Under the pieces are notes generated by a model. The model was not told where the DNA came from, did no database searches, and saw only the letters and a list, made by a program, of their open reading frames with translations. DNA of 64,000 nt from Brevibacterium luteolum (GTDB lineage Bacteria > Actinomycetota > Actinomycetes > Actinomycetales > Brevibacteriaceae). The position numbers and the translations under genes are program-made. Position 1 is the stretch's first letter; every line of letters starts with the position of its first letter. Of the stretch, positions 50,826-61,195 are shown piece after piece. Location of the stretch: NCBI RefSeq assembly GCF_013004595.1, contig NZ_JABEMC010000001.1:620001-684000 (forward strand), in the 5' to 3' direction.

Positions 50826-51773
50826 GTGGAAGTTCTCTGGGACATCGACCAGATCCCACCCGATTTCGGTCACACCGCCGTCACGCTCGGCAACTTCGAC
50901 GGCGTGCACCGCGGCCACCAGGCCGTGCTCGGCCAGCTCGCCGAGCTCGCCCGCGCACGCGGCCTGCGGTCCCTGGCGATCACCTTCGACCCCCACCCGC
51001 GCAGCGTCCACGCCCCCGACTCGGCACCCGAGCAGATCACCGGGCTGACCGAGCGGCTGGCCCGGATGTCGGAGACCGGCATCGACGCAGTGCTCGTGCA
51101 GCGCTACTCACTCGACTTCGCCGACCAGACCGCTGAGGACTTCGTCAACGACTACCTCGTCGGCCGGCTGCGCGCCAAGCTCGTCGCCGTCGGCCGCGAC
51201 GTGCGCTTCGGCCGCGGCAACCACGGCACCATCGAGACCCTCAAACGGCTCGGCGCCGACAACGGCCTGGAGATCGTCACCATCGACGACGTCGGCCACG
51301 CCCCTGATACGACCGGCCGGGACTCCTCGACTCTCGTGCGCGAACTGCTGGCCGAAGGCCGCGTTGACGCCGCCGCCGAGGTGCTCGGCTCCCCGCACAC
51401 CGTCGTCGGCACCGTCGTCCACGGCGATGCCCGCGGCCGTGAGCTCGGTTTCCCGACCGCCAACCTCGGCGAGGACAGCGAGGGAATGGTGCCCGCCGAT
51501 GGCGTCTACGCCGGCATCGCCCACTTCGATTCCGACCCCGAGGGTTACCCGGCGGCGATCTCCGTGGGCACCAATCCGACCTTCGACGGCGTCTGCCGGC
51601 GGGTCGAGGCCTATGTGCTCGACAAGGAGTTCGCCGACTTCGACGTCTACGGATCGACCATGAGCCTGGAGTTCGTCAAGCTCATCCGCGGCCAAATCAC
51701 CTTCGACGGAATGGAGGACCTCATCGCCCAGATGCACGAGGATGTCTCCGAAGTCCGCAGTGTGCTAAGCTGA
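50826..51773 (+). CDS. ribF: Bifunctional riboflavin kinase/FAD synthetase
   Basis: [34 protein letters not shown]. Confidence 0.98.
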   Translation: MEVLWDIDQIPPDFGHTAVTLGNFDGVHRGHQAVLGQLAELARARGLRSLAITFDPHPRSVHAPDSAPEQITGLTERLARMSETGIDAVLVQRYSLDFADQTAEDFVNDYLVGRLRAKLVAVGRDVRFGRGNHGTIETLKRLGADNGLEIVTIDDVGHAPDTTGRDSSTLVRELLAEGRVDAAAEVLGSPHTVVGTVVHGDARGRELGFPTANLGEDSEGMVPADGVYAGIAHFDSDPEGYPAAISVGTNPTFDGVCRRVEAYVLDKEFADFDVYGSTMSLEFVKLIRGQITFDGMEDLIAQMHEDVSEVRSVLS

Positions 51774-51792
51774 TCGACGCTGTCTTTTCAGC

Positions 51793-51860
51793 ATGCCGTC
51801 ACGCCGGCCGCGGTCTGACAGGGCCGGAGCAGAAGGCTCCGGCGCCGCGCAACGACGTGG
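51793..51860 (+). promoter_or_regulatory. Structured rpsO leader (candidate S15 autoregulatory RNA)
   Basis: GCCGGAGC/GCTCCGGC hairpin flanked by complementary CGCGG/CCGCG just upstream of the SD. Confidence 0.5.
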
Positions 51861-51876
51861 AAGAAGGAGAGATCTC

Positions 51877-52146
51877 ATGGCACTTGATCCGAAGGTCAAG
51901 CAGGACATCATCAAGGAATATGCAACTCACGAAGGCGACACGGGATCTCCCGAGGTCCAGGTCGCAATCCTGACCAAGCGCATCACCGACCTGACCGAGC
52001 ACTTCAAGGAGCACAAGCACGACCACCACTCGCGTCGTGGCCTCCTGCTGCTCGTCGGTCAGCGCCGCCGCATGCTCAAGTACCTGCAGCAGATCGACAT
52101 CGAGCGCTACCGCTCGCTCATCGCTCGCCTCGGCCTGCGCCGCTGA
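51877..52146 (+). CDS. rpsO: 30S ribosomal protein S15
   Basis: [27 protein letters not shown]. Confidence 0.99.
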   Translation: MALDPKVKQDIIKEYATHEGDTGSPEVQVAILTKRITDLTEHFKEHKHDHHSRRGLLLLVGQRRRMLKYLQQIDIERYRSLIARLGLRR

Positions 52147-52164
52147 GCGAAAGCGATCTGCACG

Positions 52165-52210
52165 ACGCGACAGGGAATCGCCCGACACGGCGGTTCCCTC
52201 TCGCGTTTTC
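52165..52210 (+). terminator. rpsO terminator
   Basis: ACGCGA.AGGGAATCGCC / GGCGGTTCCCT.TCGCGT followed by TTT. Confidence 0.75.
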
Positions 52211-52269
52211 AGTGCAGGAGACCTGCTTGTTACACTGACCATGAGCCTGGAACCGGCAGCTGACGAAGC

Positions 52270-52326
52270 TCCGGTGGTCGGTAGTGGCCTCCGCACCTCG
52301 TGCGTGGGTCTCGATCGATGACCGGA
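52270..52326 (+). promoter_or_regulatory. pnp leader stem-loop, probable RNase III site
   Basis: TCCGGT.GTCGGT..TGGCC / GGTC.CGATCGAT.ACCGGA imperfect stem; rpsO-pnp RNase III processing is known in Streptomyces. Confidence 0.55.
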
Positions 52327-52442
52327 TCCCTTGCAGCCGGCTCGCGTGTGCGCAGTCCTGCCCACCCGCCGCAGATCTTTCAGCGCAGGCGATCCGCGCG
52401 CCGGGCAGAGAGCCCGAGCGCAGAACCCGAATGGAGAAACAC

Positions 52443-54656
52443 TTGGGAATCAATCCCGAATCTGCAGTTGCCCACATTGACAACGGGCGCTTCGGCTCCC
52501 ACACCGTCCGCTTCGAAACCGGCCGCCTGGCCCAGCAGGCCGCAGGCTGTGCTGTCGCCTACCTCGACGACGAGACGATGCTGCTCTCGGCGACCGCCGT
52601 GAGCAAGAACCCGAAGGAGCACCTCGACTTCTTCCCGCTCACCGTCGACGTCGAAGAGCGCATGTACGCCGCCGGCCGCATCCCCGGCTCGTTTTTCCGC
52701 CGCGAGGGACGCCCCTCGACCGATGCGATCCTCGCCTGCCGCCTCATCGACCGGCCGCTGCGCCCGTCGTTCGTCAAGGGCCTGCGCAACGAGGTGCAGA
52801 TCGTCGTCAACGTCATGGCGATCCACCCCGACCACATCTACGACACCCTGGCCATCAACGCCGCCTCGATGTCGACCCAGCTCTCCGGTCTGCCGTTCTC
52901 CGGCCCGATCGGCGGCGTGCGCGTCGCCCTCATCGACGACCAGTGGGTTGCGTTCCCGAACCACTCGCAGCTGGAGAACGCCGTGTTCGACATGGCGGTT
53001 GCCGGCCGTGTCGTCGGTGACGACGTCGCCATCATGATGGTCGAGGCCGAAGCGTCGGAGAACGCCTGGAACACCATGCGCACCGGCGGCACCGTCCCGA
53101 CCGAGGAGATCGTCGCCGAAGGCCTCGAAGCCGCCAAGCCGTTCATTCAGGAGCTGTGCCGCGCCCAGCAGGAGCTGGCCGACAAGGCCGCCAAGCCCGT
53201 CGCCGAGTTCCCGGTGTTCAAGCCCTACGAGGACGACGTCTACGCCGCCGTCGAGTCCGCTGCCCGCGAGCAGCAGACGAAGAACTTCCAGATCGCTGAC
53301 AAGAAGGAGCGCGAAGCCGCCGGTGACGAACTCCTCGCAAAGGTGCTCACCGACCTCGGCGAGCAGTTCGAAGGCCGCGAGCAGGAGATCGTCGCAGCCC
53401 TCGATGCTCTGACCAAGGACATCGTGCGCAAGCGCATCCTCACCGACCAGATCCGCATCGACGGCCGCGGTCTCAAGGACATCCGCCCGCTGACCGCCGA
53501 GACCGGCGTCATCCCGCGGGTGCACGGCTCGGCGCTGTTCGAGCGCGGCGAGACCCAGATCCTCGGCGTCACCACGCTCAACATGCTCAAGCTCGAGCAG
53601 CAGATCGACTCGCTGTCGCCGGTCACCTCGAAGCGCTACCTGCACCACTACAACTTCCCGCCGTATTCGACCGGTGAGACCGGCCGTGTCGGCAGCCCCA
53701 AGCGCCGCGAGATCGGCCACGGCGCACTCGCCGAGCGCGCGCTCGTGCCGGTGCTGCCCAGCCGCGAGGAGTTCCCGTACGCGATCCGCCAGGTCTCCGA
53801 GGCCCTCGGTTCGAACGGTTCGACCTCGATGGGCTCGGTGTGCGCTTCGACCCTGTCGATGCTCGAAGCCGGTGTGCCGCTGCGCGCCCCGGTCGCCGGC
53901 ATCGCCATGGGCCTGGTCTCCGACGTCATCGACACCGCTGACGGACCGCAGACCGCCTACGCCGCCCTGACCGACATCCTCGGTGCCGAGGACGCCTTCG
54001 GCGACATGGACTTCAAGGTCGCAGGCACCAAGGACTTCATCACCGCCATCCAGCTCGACACCAAGCTCGACGGCATCCCGGCCTCGGTTTTGGCCGCAGC
54101 GCTCAAGCAGGCCAAGGACGCCCGCCTCGTGATCCTCGATGTCATGAACGAGACCATCTCCGCACCGGCGGAGATGAACCCGACCGCACCGCGGATCATC
54201 TCGGTTAACATCCCGGTCGACAAGATCGGCGAGGTCATCGGCCCCAAGGGCAAGATGATCAACCAGATCCAGGAGGACACCGGCGCTGAGATCAGCATCG
54301 AAGACGACGGCACGGTGCTCATCGGCGCCACCGACGGCACCTCGGCTGAAGCGGCGCGCTCGGCGATCAACGCGATCGCCAACCCGCAGGTCCCCGAGGT
54401 CGGTGAGCGCTACCTCGGCACCGTCGTCAAGTGCATGTCCTTCGGTGCCTTCGTCTCGCTGACCCCGGGCAAGGACGGCCTGCTGCACATCTCCGAGCTC
54501 AAGAAGCTCAACGGCGGCAAGCGCGTCGAAGACGTCGAAGACGTCCTCGGTGTCGGGCAGAAGATCCAGGTCGAGATCACCAAGGTCGACGACCGTGGCA
54601 AGCTCTCGCTCGTCCCGGTCGCAGGCGAAGAGGAAGAAGCAGGCGAACAGGAGTAA
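52443..54656 (+). CDS. pnp: Polyribonucleotide nucleotidyltransferase (PNPase)
   Basis: [45 protein letters not shown] and S1 domains; start TTG 52443 (SD GGAG) or ATG 52431. Confidence 0.99.
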   Translation: MGINPESAVAHIDNGRFGSHTVRFETGRLAQQAAGCAVAYLDDETMLLSATAVSKNPKEHLDFFPLTVDVEERMYAAGRIPGSFFRREGRPSTDAILACRLIDRPLRPSFVKGLRNEVQIVVNVMAIHPDHIYDTLAINAASMSTQLSGLPFSGPIGGVRVALIDDQWVAFPNHSQLENAVFDMAVAGRVVGDDVAIMMVEAEASENAWNTMRTGGTVPTEEIVAEGLEAAKPFIQELCRAQQELADKAAKPVAEFPVFKPYEDDVYAAVESAAREQQTKNFQIADKKEREAAGDELLAKVLTDLGEQFEGREQEIVAALDALTKDIVRKRILTDQIRIDGRGLKDIRPLTAETGVIPRVHGSALFERGETQILGVTTLNMLKLEQQIDSLSPVTSKRYLHHYNFPPYSTGETGRVGSPKRREIGHGALAERALVPVLPSREEFPYAIRQVSEALGSNGSTSMGSVCASTLSMLEAGVPLRAPVAGIAMGLVSDVIDTADGPQTAYAALTDILGAEDAFGDMDFKVAGTKDFITAIQLDTKLDGIPASVLAAALKQAKDARLVILDVMNETISAPAEMNPTAPRIISVNIPVDKIGEVIGPKGKMINQIQEDTGAEISIEDDGTVLIGATDGTSAEAARSAINAIANPQVPEVGERYLGTVVKCMSFGAFVSLTPGKDGLLHISELKKLNGGKRVEDVEDVLGVGQKIQVEITKVDDRGKLSLVPVAGEEEEAGEQE

Positions 54657-54660
54657 TCCT

Positions 54661-55941
54661 CTGCACACCGAACAGCTCCTGGGGGAGGACAGCAGCGTCT
54701 GGCGCTCTGTCCTCCCTTCGGGTATCCGTGTCATCACCGAGACCATGCCCTCGCTGGCATCGGAGACCGTCGGCGTGTGGGTCGACTCCGGCTCCCGCGA
54801 CGAAACCGACCTGACGGCAGGCTCGACCCACTTCCTCGAGCACATGCTGTTCAAGGGCACCACCAGCCGGTCAGCCAAGCAGATCGCGCAGATTTTCGAC
54901 CGCACCGGCGGCGAGTCCAACGCCGTGACCTCGAAGGAGTACACCTGCTACTTCTCCCGCTGCCTGGTCGACGATCTGCCGCCGGTCACCGACCTGCTGT
55001 GGGACATGGTGCTGCACGCCACGCTCGATGCCGGCGAGTTCGAACGCGAACGCGGCGTCATCGTCGAAGAGCTCGCGATGGCCGCCGACGACCCGACCGA
55101 TGTGCTGTACGAGAAGTTCGACACCCTCGTCTACCCAGGCCACCCGCTCGGCCGGCCGGTCGGGGCGACGAAGGAGCAGATCCGCACCCTTGCCCACACG
55201 GTGCTGCGCGAGCACTACGAGACCGCCTACATCGGCCCGCGGCTGGTGTTCACCGCAGCAGGCGGGGCCACCCATGAGCAGATCGTCGCGCTCGTCATCA
55301 AAGCGACTGCTCATCTGCCGGATGCCGCGCCCGAGGTGGTCCGCCCGTCGCGTGTCGCGCCTGAGTTCGCCTCGGAAACCGCATGCATCGGCAAGGACAC
55401 CGAACAGCAGGGCATCATCATCGGCATGCCCGGGCTGAGCGAAGGCGATGAGCGCCGGTTCGCGTTCTCCGTCATGTTCTCGCTGCTCGGCGGCGGGATG
55501 TCCTCACGGCTGTTCCAGTCCGTGCGCGAAGACCGCGGACTGGCCTATTCCGTCCACAGCATCGCCTCCCGGTACTCGGATTCCGGCCAGTTCGGCATGT
55601 ACGCCGGCTGCGCCCCGCAGGCCGCCCAAGACGTCATCGACCTGTGTGTTGCTGAGTTCGAGCGCCTCGCTGCCGAACTGCCCGGCGAGGAGGAGGTCGC
55701 CGACATCGTCGCTCAGGCAGCCGGGTCGATGATGCTGAGCCTGGAGAGCTCTGCGGTCCGGATGAACCGGCTGGCCCGCTCCGAACTCGCAGGTCTTCCG
55801 CTGGAGTCCCCGCAGAACCTGCTCGACACCGTCCGCAAGGTCACCCCAGCCGATGTCTCGGCAATCGCTGCCGACCTCGCTGCCGGACCGCGTGCGCTCG
55901 TCACCCTCGGCCCGCGCGGGGACCTGCGCCTGCCGCAGTGA
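54661..55941 (+). CDS. M16 family zinc peptidase (PepR-like)
   Basis: HFLEH, FKGT, GGESNA, LGGGMSSRLFQ.VRE.RGLAYS; start uncertain (CTG 54661 proposed). Confidence 0.93.
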   Translation: MHTEQLLGEDSSVWRSVLPSGIRVITETMPSLASETVGVWVDSGSRDETDLTAGSTHFLEHMLFKGTTSRSAKQIAQIFDRTGGESNAVTSKEYTCYFSRCLVDDLPPVTDLLWDMVLHATLDAGEFERERGVIVEELAMAADDPTDVLYEKFDTLVYPGHPLGRPVGATKEQIRTLAHTVLREHYETAYIGPRLVFTAAGGATHEQIVALVIKATAHLPDAAPEVVRPSRVAPEFASETACIGKDTEQQGIIIGMPGLSEGDERRFAFSVMFSLLGGGMSSRLFQSVREDRGLAYSVHSIASRYSDSGQFGMYAGCAPQAAQDVIDLCVAEFERLAAELPGEEEVADIVAQAAGSMMLSLESSAVRMNRLARSELAGLPLESPQNLLDTVRKVTPADVSAIAADLAAGPRALVTLGPRGDLRLPQ

Positions 55942-55972
55942 CACACGCACCTGCCGCAGTGACCCGGGCTGT

Positions 55973-56770
55973 TCAGCTGACGCTGTCGTCCGTGCCGGGG
56001 TGGCGTGTGCGCAGGTAGAGCTCGGCGGCATTGCCCCACAGTGCCGCCTGCGTCTGTGCAGGAGTCAGCACGTCGCGGACGAGGGTGAGGTCGTCATCGG
56101 CGAAGGGCCGATCTGCCCGCGTCGAGGGCAGATCGGTACCAGCCATGAGCGCCTGCGGGTTCGCCTCGGCGATCCGCCGCAGGGCACCGGTTGGGTCGAA
56201 TTCGATCCGGCCGAAACCGGTGGCCTTGATCTTGGCACCGGCTTCAGCGAGGCGCAGCAGCTGCGGAAACCCAGCCTGTGAGAGTCCGAGGTGGTCGATG
56301 CTCACCTGCGGCAGCCGGGTCAGCAGCGGGCTGAGCTGGCTGAGATCGCGGGCATCGAGATAGAACTCGGCATGCCAGCCGGAACGATCCCAGACCCGCC
56401 GCGCGAGCAGTTCGGCATCCTCGATGCCGGCGGAGCCTCCGCGGCGCAGATTGAACCGCACCGCCCGAACTCCTGCGGCATCGAGCGCATCGATCTCAGC
56501 ATCCGTGACACTGACCGGCACCTGCGTGACCCCGACGAAGCCCGGACCGAGAGCTGCAAGCGCTGCGACAAGATGCGTCCGGTCGAAGCCCTGGAACGAC
56601 CCGGACACGACCGCACCGCCGACGACCTCCATGCCGGCAGAAGCTGGCAGGCCTGCGATGCGCTGCCGGTAGTCAGCGACGGTGAAGGGATCGGGCAGAT
56701 ACCCGTCATTGGCCGTGAGCGGAAAGCCCGGATCGATGATGTGCAGGTGCGCGTCGAAGACCGGCTGCAT
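55973..56770 (-). CDS. Amidohydrolase family protein (2-pyrone-4,6-dicarboxylate hydrolase-like)
   Basis: FDAHLH, VRAVRFN, IDHLG, KATGFGR, GTDLP. Confidence 0.88.
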   Translation of the reverse strand: MQPVFDAHLHIIDPGFPLTANDGYLPDPFTVADYRQRIAGLPASAGMEVVGGAVVSGSFQGFDRTHLVAALAALGPGFVGVTQVPVSVTDAEIDALDAAGVRAVRFNLRRGGSAGIEDAELLARRVWDRSGWHAEFYLDARDLSQLSPLLTRLPQVSIDHLGLSQAGFPQLLRLAEAGAKIKATGFGRIEFDPTGALRRIAEANPQALMAGTDLPSTRADRPFADDDLTLVRDVLTPAQTQAALWGNAAELYLRTRHPGTDDSVS

Positions 56771-57180
56771 GACGACTCCTCATCTCAGGTGATCCGCTTG
56801 CCGGCCATCCTAACCGTCGGCAGGCGCGCGGCAGAGCTGCGCGCAGGGGAGAGCGATAGGACCGGAGACCGCACCCCGCCTCCCCGAGACGAATGAGACT
56901 CCCAAGACCCCTTCGTGAACCCAGCAGACCCGTACCACGGACACCACCGCCTCGGGCCCGGTGACCGGCATCCGCCTCCCGCCCCGTCCGCCATCGGCAC
57001 TATCGGCGCCGTCTGCGCGCCGTTCCACCACCGGCTGGAGGGGGCTGCGCGGATCGCCTGGGGATTCATCTCGCTCATCGGCGGCGTGTGCTGCGCGCCG
57101 ACTGCCATGTACGTCGGCACCTTCCTCTTCGGACTATGACGAGATATTCACTTCCTCACTTCTGAAACCGATTGAGCGAT

Positions 57181-57206
57181 GGAATAAGGTGGGTAGCGAG
57201 CCCGTT
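57181..57206 (+). promoter_or_regulatory. SigH/SigR-type promoter of sodA (GGAAT-N18-GTT)
   Basis: GGAAT aaggtgggtagcgagccc GTT. Confidence 0.65.
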
Positions 57207-57265
57207 ATGCCGGACAGAGCCTGGCACAACCGACGGGCCGTCATCCACGTATGAGGAGGATTCTC

Positions 57266-57892
57266 ATGGTTGAGCAGTACACGCTCCCGGACCTGCCCTA
57301 TGACTACGCAGCACTTGAGCCGCATATCTCGGCCAAGATCATGGAGCTGCACCACGATAAGCACCACGCCACCTACGTCAAGGGTGCCAACACCGCCCTG
57401 GAGCAGCTGGCCGAGGCCCGTGAGTCCGGCGACCTGTCGAACCTGCCGAAGCTCACCCGCGACCTGCAGTTCAACCTCGGCGGCCATGTCAACCACTCGA
57501 TCTTCTGGAACAACATGTCCCCGGACGGCGGCGACAAGCCGGTCGGCGAACTCGCAGCAGCCATCGACGACGCCTTCGGCTCGTTCGACAAGTTCCGCGA
57601 GCAGTTCACCACCGCCGCGACCACCATCCAGGGTTCGGGCTGGGCTGTGCTGTACTACGACGCACTCGGCGGAAACCTGCTCATCGGCCAGCTGAAGGAC
57701 CAGCAGTCCGATATCCAGCTCGGCGGTGTGCCGGTTCTGCAGCTCGACATGTGGGAGCACGCCTTCTACCTCGACTATCAGAACGTCAAGCCCGACTACG
57801 TCAAGGCCTGGTGGAACGTCGTCAACTGGGAGGACGCCGGAGCCCGCTTCGAGCGTGCCCGCCAGCAGACCAAGGGCATGCTGCTCGGCTGA
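57266..57892 (+). CDS. sodA: Fe/Mn superoxide dismutase
   Basis: [39 protein letters not shown]. Confidence 0.98.
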   Translation: MVEQYTLPDLPYDYAALEPHISAKIMELHHDKHHATYVKGANTALEQLAEARESGDLSNLPKLTRDLQFNLGGHVNHSIFWNNMSPDGGDKPVGELAAAIDDAFGSFDKFREQFTTAATTIQGSGWAVLYYDALGGNLLIGQLKDQQSDIQLGGVPVLQLDMWEHAFYLDYQNVKPDYVKAWWNVVNWEDAGARFERARQQTKGMLLG

Positions 57893-57913
57893 ACCGCCGC
57901 GTACTGAACCCCC

Positions 57914-57945
57914 GGCGGCTCGGATCCACCCGGATCCGGGCCGCC
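57914..57945 (+). terminator. Hairpin after sodA
   Basis: GGCGGCTCGGATCC / GGATCCGGGCCGCC. Confidence 0.65.
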
Positions 57946-58005
57946 ACTGCTTTCACCGCCCACTCCATTCACCTCAAGGCACCCTGTCTCCGATAGGCTG
58001 GCACG

Positions 58006-58599
58006 ATGACCGATTCCCTGTTCCGCCTCGCGCACTGGCAGCCGGAGACTGCCGTGCAGCTCATCGAGATCCACCAGGCTGCGCTGCGCGATGACGATCT
58101 CGACCTGCAGCGCAACACCCCGGAGCTTGCCGACGCTGTGGCAGCCGCGCGCTTCGCCCAGAAGCTCGCCGCCACCGAGGCCGAGGGCACCATGTGCGCG
58201 CGGGTGATCCTCGGCACCGGGGAGACAGAGGGGCGGGTGCTCGGGCAGGTGATGGCATCCCAGATCGAGCGGACCCATTCGACCGCATGGATCTCCTACT
58301 GGCTGCGCCCAGAAGCCCGCGGACGCGGGATCGCGTCTGCGGCACTGCGCCAGTGCGTCGACATCCTGCACGACGAGTGTGGCATCTACCGGCTCGAACT
58401 CGGCCACCGGGTCGACAACTCGGCATCCGGCCACGTCGCTGCGGCTGCCGGCTTCCTGCTCGAGGGCACCGAACGGCAGCGGCTGGCCTACGGCACACAG
58501 CGCTATGACGTCCACCGGTGGGCCCGGCTCGCCGGCGACCCCAGGCCATGGCAGCGAAGTCGCCAAGGCCACACCGCCTCGGGTGCGGCCGGGCACTAG
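58006..58599 (+). CDS. GNAT N-acetyltransferase, RimJ/RimL type
   Basis: ISYWLRPEARGRGIA, RLELGHRVDNSAS, GFLLEG. Confidence 0.88.
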   Translation: MTDSLFRLAHWQPETAVQLIEIHQAALRDDDLDLQRNTPELADAVAAARFAQKLAATEAEGTMCARVILGTGETEGRVLGQVMASQIERTHSTAWISYWLRPEARGRGIASAALRQCVDILHDECGIYRLELGHRVDNSASGHVAAAAGFLLEGTERQRLAYGTQRYDVHRWARLAGDPRPWQRSRQGHTASGAAGH

Positions 58600-58636
58600 A
58601 CTGAAACCCACGCACCCGCGACCTGAAAAGAGGAAC

Positions 58637-59386
58637 ATGAGCGCAATCCGCGTCGCCGTTATCGGAGCTCACGGACGCATGGGCAGCCACGCCGTCGAAG
58701 CGATCGAAGCCGCAGACGGACTCGAACTCGCCGCAGCCCTCGGCAGCTCCGACTCCCTTGACTCCCTCACCGATGCCGGCATCGACGTCGCCGTCGAACT
58801 CACCGTGCCCAAGGCGACCGCCGACAACGTCTCCTTCCTCGTCTCCCACGGCATCGACACCGTCGTCGGCACCACCGGCTGGGACGCCGCACGCCTCGAT
58901 GCGCTGGAGAAGCAGCTGGCCGGCCAGCCGGGCACCGGCGTGCTCATCGCCCCGAACTTCTCGATCGGTGCGGTGCTGGCGATGCACTTCGCTGAGATCG
59001 CCGCCGCCTACTTCGACTCAGCCGAAGTGCTCGAGATCCACCACCCGCGCAAACTCGACGCGCCGTCCGGCACCGCCGCCCACACCGCCCAGCGGATCGC
59101 TGCCGCCCGCAAGGCTGCTGGCCTGGGACCGGCACCGGATGCCACCGAATCCGATCCCGGCGGCGCCCGCGGCGCGGTCATCGATGGCATCCACGTCCAC
59201 GCCGTCAGGCAGGCCGGCATGAACGCTAGCGAGGAGATCATGTTCGGTTCTCAGGGCGAGGCTCTCACCATCCGCACCGACACCTTCGACACGCAGGCCT
59301 TTATGCCCGGAATCATCACCGCCGTGCGCGCCATCGGCGACAAGCCCGGCCTGACCGTCGGGCTCGAGCACTTCCTGTCGATCTGA
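58637..59386 (+). CDS. dapB: 4-hydroxy-tetrahydrodipicolinate reductase
   Basis: GAHGRMG, VVGTTG, APNFSIG, EIHHPRKLDAPSGTA. Confidence 0.97.
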   Translation: MSAIRVAVIGAHGRMGSHAVEAIEAADGLELAAALGSSDSLDSLTDAGIDVAVELTVPKATADNVSFLVSHGIDTVVGTTGWDAARLDALEKQLAGQPGTGVLIAPNFSIGAVLAMHFAEIAAAYFDSAEVLEIHHPRKLDAPSGTAAHTAQRIAAARKAAGLGPAPDATESDPGGARGAVIDGIHVHAVRQAGMNASEEIMFGSQGEALTIRTDTFDTQAFMPGIITAVRAIGDKPGLTVGLEHFLSI

Positions 59387-59400
59387 GCACCGTCGCACGC

Positions 59401-59847
59401 ATGTCGAAAGCGAAGCTCGGCGCGCTCATCATCTCAGCGCTGCTGGTCCTGTACTTCTTCTTCATGCTCCAGCGCGCCTGGATCATGCTGAGCGACCCCA
59501 ACCTCATCGCCAAGGGACTCGGGCTCGCCCTCCTCGTCCTGCCGATCGTCGGGGCGTGGGCGCTCATCCGCGAACTGCTCTTCGGCACCGCCATGGAGCG
59601 GCTGGCCCGGATCCTCGGCAAGGAGGGCGGACTGCCGCCGGATACGCTGCCGCGCACCCCGGGCGGGAAGATCATCCGCGCAGCCGCCGAGGAGGAGTTC
59701 GAGAAGTACCGCGCCGAAACCGAGGCCGCCCCAGAGGACTGGCGCAGCTGGTTCCGTCTCTCATGCGCCTACGATGCCGCCGGCGACCGGCGCCGGGCAC
59801 GCTCGGCGATGCGGCATGCGATCAAGCTGGAGAAGACAACAGCCTGA
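59401..59847 (+). CDS. Conserved membrane protein with C-terminal TPR-like segment
   Basis: Two TM helices; PEDWRSWFRL..AYDAAGDRRRAR; conserved downstream of dapB. Confidence 0.85.
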   Translation: MSKAKLGALIISALLVLYFFFMLQRAWIMLSDPNLIAKGLGLALLVLPIVGAWALIRELLFGTAMERLARILGKEGGLPPDTLPRTPGGKIIRAAAEEEFEKYRAETEAAPEDWRSWFRLSCAYDAAGDRRRARSAMRHAIKLEKTTA

Positions 59848-59870
59848 GACCGGCTGATAGCCCTGCCGGT

Positions 59871-61094
59871 TCACGCCCTCCCAGCAGGCGGGCCCGGCAG
59901 CAGGCCGGCACGGACCCGGGAGACCAAGCGGCTGAGGGGCCACTCCAAGGGCCCCCGCGGACTGACGAAGCGCACCCACAGGCTGGCGAAGACCAGGGCG
60001 GCGAGGATGTGCAGTGCGAGTCCTGCCAGCGGCGGGAGGAGCGCATCGGTGATCTCCACGCCGACGACGTGGACGGTGTAGATGCTCAGCGGCATCGCAC
60101 CGGCTGCGATGAACGGGGCCAGCCAGCGCAGCGCCGGCCCGCGGGCGGCGAGCATGCACACCGCCAGCACCGCAACTGCCACCCCGGAGGTGTGCAGCAG
60201 GTCCAGGGGAGTGGCCGCGTGAGGACCAGCCGTTGCCAGCCACCACCACGACCCCGGCGGGGTCGTGCCGTAGTTGCCGACCGTGAGCAGATACTCCAGG
60301 TCGTAGCCGAACGGATCCACGCCCGAGGCGAGCTCGGCCTCGAGCACAGCCCGCCCGCCCATCGTCAGCAGCAGGGAGGACGCGAACAGCGACAGCGCCG
60401 CCACCGCCGAGCCGATGAACGCCAGTCCGGTCCACAGACTGCGGGAAGTCCAGTCGAGCCGGGCGATGAACATGCCCAGCAGCACGAACCCCATCCACTG
60501 CAGCACCGGGTAGTAGCCGGTGAACGCCAGCTCTTGAAAAAGCAGCCCCGGATCGGCGAGCATGAACACATCCGGAACGTCGTAGCTGGTGTACAGACCC
60601 TGCTCGGTGCGCAGCGCATGGCTGAGGAACGGGGTGGCGATGAGCCACAGCGGCGCCAGGATGCCCAGTGCGAGCCTCGGCAGGCGCAGCAGGAACGAGG
60701 CGATGATGAACATCAGCCCGTAATTGGCCAGGATCACCGCCACCGACGACCCGAGTGTGGCCAGCAACAGACCGAGAACGAAGATCACCGCCCCGCGCAC
60801 CCACAGCCCAGAGGCAGCCGCCAGCAAGGCGCGCGGACCGGGCACAGAGAGCAGGGTGCGCGTCGAGAGCACCACCGAGACACCGGCGAGCACCGCGAAC
60901 AGGGCAGAGGACCGGCCTGCGAAGAGCGTCGCCCACGTCGGATCCGGATCATCGAGCGGGATGATATGTGTGATCATCATCCCGAACAGCGCGATCGACC
61001 GCGCCAGGTCCACACCCAGCAGGCGCATCCCGGCAGCCGCGCCCGAGGCGGTGGCCGGCCTGGCAGCAGGCGGGCTGGCAGGCGTGTCGGTCAT
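59871..61094 (-). CDS. DUF418 / heparan-alpha-glucosaminide N-acetyltransferase-like membrane protein
   Basis: RLLGVDLARSIALFGM, GRSSALFAVLAG, GYYP, GAMPLSIY, GPLE. Confidence 0.8.
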   Translation of the reverse strand: MTDTPASPPAARPATASGAAAGMRLLGVDLARSIALFGMMITHIIPLDDPDPTWATLFAGRSSALFAVLAGVSVVLSTRTLLSVPGPRALLAAASGLWVRGAVIFVLGLLLATLGSSVAVILANYGLMFIIASFLLRLPRLALGILAPLWLIATPFLSHALRTEQGLYTSYDVPDVFMLADPGLLFQELAFTGYYPVLQWMGFVLLGMFIARLDWTSRSLWTGLAFIGSAVAALSLFASSLLLTMGGRAVLEAELASGVDPFGYDLEYLLTVGNYGTTPPGSWWWLATAGPHAATPLDLLHTSGVAVAVLAVCMLAARGPALRWLAPFIAAGAMPLSIYTVHVVGVEITDALLPPLAGLALHILAALVFASLWVRFVSPRGPLEWPLSRLVSRVRAGLLPGPPAGRA

Positions 61095-61195
61095 GGTCCC
61101 TCCCGGTGGTGCGAGGCGCAGAATATCGCCCCCGATTCTTCCACAGCCGCCGTGCCTGTCCTCTCAGCCGCGACCGGCGGCGGTAGGATGAGACC

